From assembly GCF_000689415.1 (NCBI RefSeq), contig NZ_HG322950.1, forward strand, positions 1,978,769 through 2,002,768: a stretch of 24,000 nucleotides of DNA, read 5' to 3'. The notes under the pieces are model-generated. The model did no database searches. It worked only from the letters and a program-made list of their open reading frames with translations, and had not been told where the DNA came from. Position numbers and translations under genes: made by a program. This stretch comes from Pseudomonas knackmussii B13 (lineage in GTDB: Bacteria; Pseudomonadota; Gammaproteobacteria; Pseudomonadales; Pseudomonadaceae). Shown one piece after another: positions 23,058 through 24,000 of the stretch (position 1 is its first letter; each line of letters opens with the position of its first letter).

Positions 23058-24000
23058 CTTGGTAGAGTACGTAGTTTCCCTCGATAAGCTCGGCGTCCAC
23101 GATGTCGAACATGTGGGGGGCAAGAACGCATCCCTGGGCGAAATGATCAGCAACCTCGCCGGTGCTGGGGTTTCCGTTCCCGGTGGCTTCGCCACCACTG
23201 CTCAGGCCTACCGTGACTTCCTCGAGCAGAGCGGCCTGAACGATCGCATCCATGCCGCCCTGGACGCGCTCGACGTCGACGACGTCAACGCTCTGGCCAA
23301 AACCGGCGCACAGATTCGCCAGTGGGTGATGGACGCCGAATTCCCCGCCCAGCTCGACGCCGAGATCCGCAAGGCCTTCGCCGAGATGGCCGGCAACAAC
23401 GCCAACATGGCCGTTGCCGTGCGCTCTTCCGCCACCGCCGAAGACCTGCCGGACGCCTCTTTCGCCGGCCAGCAGGAAACCTTCCTGAACATCCGTGGCG
23501 TGGACAACGTGATCCGCGCCACCAAGGAAGTCTTCGCCTCCCTGTTCAACGACCGCGCCATCGCCTACCGCGTGCACCAGGGCTTCGACCACAAACTGGT
23601 CGCCCTGTCCGCTGGCGTGCAGCGCATGGTCCGCTCCGAAACCGGTACCGCCGGCGTGATGTTCACCCTGGACACCGAGTCCGGCTTCCGTGACGTGGTC
23701 TTCATCACCGGCGCCTACGGCCTCGGCGAAACCGTCGTGCAGGGCGCTGTGAACCCTGACGAGTTCTACGTCCACAAGCCGACCCTGGAAGCCGGCCGCC
23801 CGGCGATCCTGCGCCGCAACCTGGGCAGCAAGGCGATCAAGATGGTCTACGGCGACGAAGCCAAGGCCGGCAAATCGGTCAAGGTCGTCGATGTGGACAA
23901 GGCCGACCGCGCGCGCTTCGCCCTGACCGATGCCGAGGTGACCGAGCTGGCCAAGCAGGCGTTGATCATCGAGAAGCACTACCAGCGCCCGATGGACATC
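23058..24000 (+). CDS. ppsA: phosphoenolpyruvate synthase, N-terminal part (runs off the window end)
   Basis: TTG at 23058 is preceded by GGAGAG (23046-51). My own translation is (M)[54 protein letters not shown]...[29 protein letters not shown]..., the textbook PpsA N-terminus. It is not in the supplied ORF track because no stop codon falls inside the window. Confidence 0.93.

Noticed and set aside
22894-23979. N-terminal ~360 codons of the 634-aa minus-strand ORF
   Set aside because: This part is antisense to ppsA. The genuine ppsR product starts at [11 protein letters not shown] (ATG at 22893), giving the expected ~272-aa DUF299 protein.

Overview
GC-rich, gene-dense chromosomal window with no rRNA, tRNA, CRISPR array, transposase or integrase. 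It reads as a Pseudomonas-type gammaproteobacterium: codon third positions are overwhelmingly G/C, and long antisense shadow ORFs run opposite almost every real gene. All calls rest on reading the translations and the DNA by eye; no search, HMM or folding program was run.

I can support 21 protein-coding genes:
- panE-like reductase (5' partial)
- 5'-nucleotidase-family protein
- universal stress protein
- cysB
- PAP2 phosphatase (minus strand)
- small CxxC thioredoxin-fold protein (minus strand)
- cysH of the APS-reductase type (minus strand)
- thrH
- pabB (minus strand)
- two tandem MalT-like STAND/LuxR regulators
- a five-gene operon in which every product is exported
- a three-gene minus-strand operon: exported retropepsin-like protease, 7TM/inactive-transglutaminase membrane protein, RimK-related ATP-grasp ligase
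- ppsR (minus strand)
- ppsA (3' partial, TTG start, absent from the ORF track)

From memory, the order cysB-cysH-thrH-pabB-2xLuxR-...-ppsR-ppsA matches the P. aeruginosa PAO1 PA1754-PA1770 neighbourhood, where the middle genes are only 'hypothetical'. I cannot verify that here.

The best candidate for an undescribed system is 13293-18648, together with its two regulators at 7862-13292. It encodes a Sec-exported, Cys-free, beta-rich 146-aa protein carrying a double-glycine-leader-like segment. It also encodes a standalone periplasmic C39 peptidase, two outer-membrane barrels, and a MalM-like periplasmic protein with three DUF4124-like repeats. There is no ATPase and no inner-membrane component. 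This is the logic of curli/Fap-type outer-membrane secretion and assembly, built from different parts.

The second candidate is the ATP-grasp/7TM/protease operon at 18762-21827.
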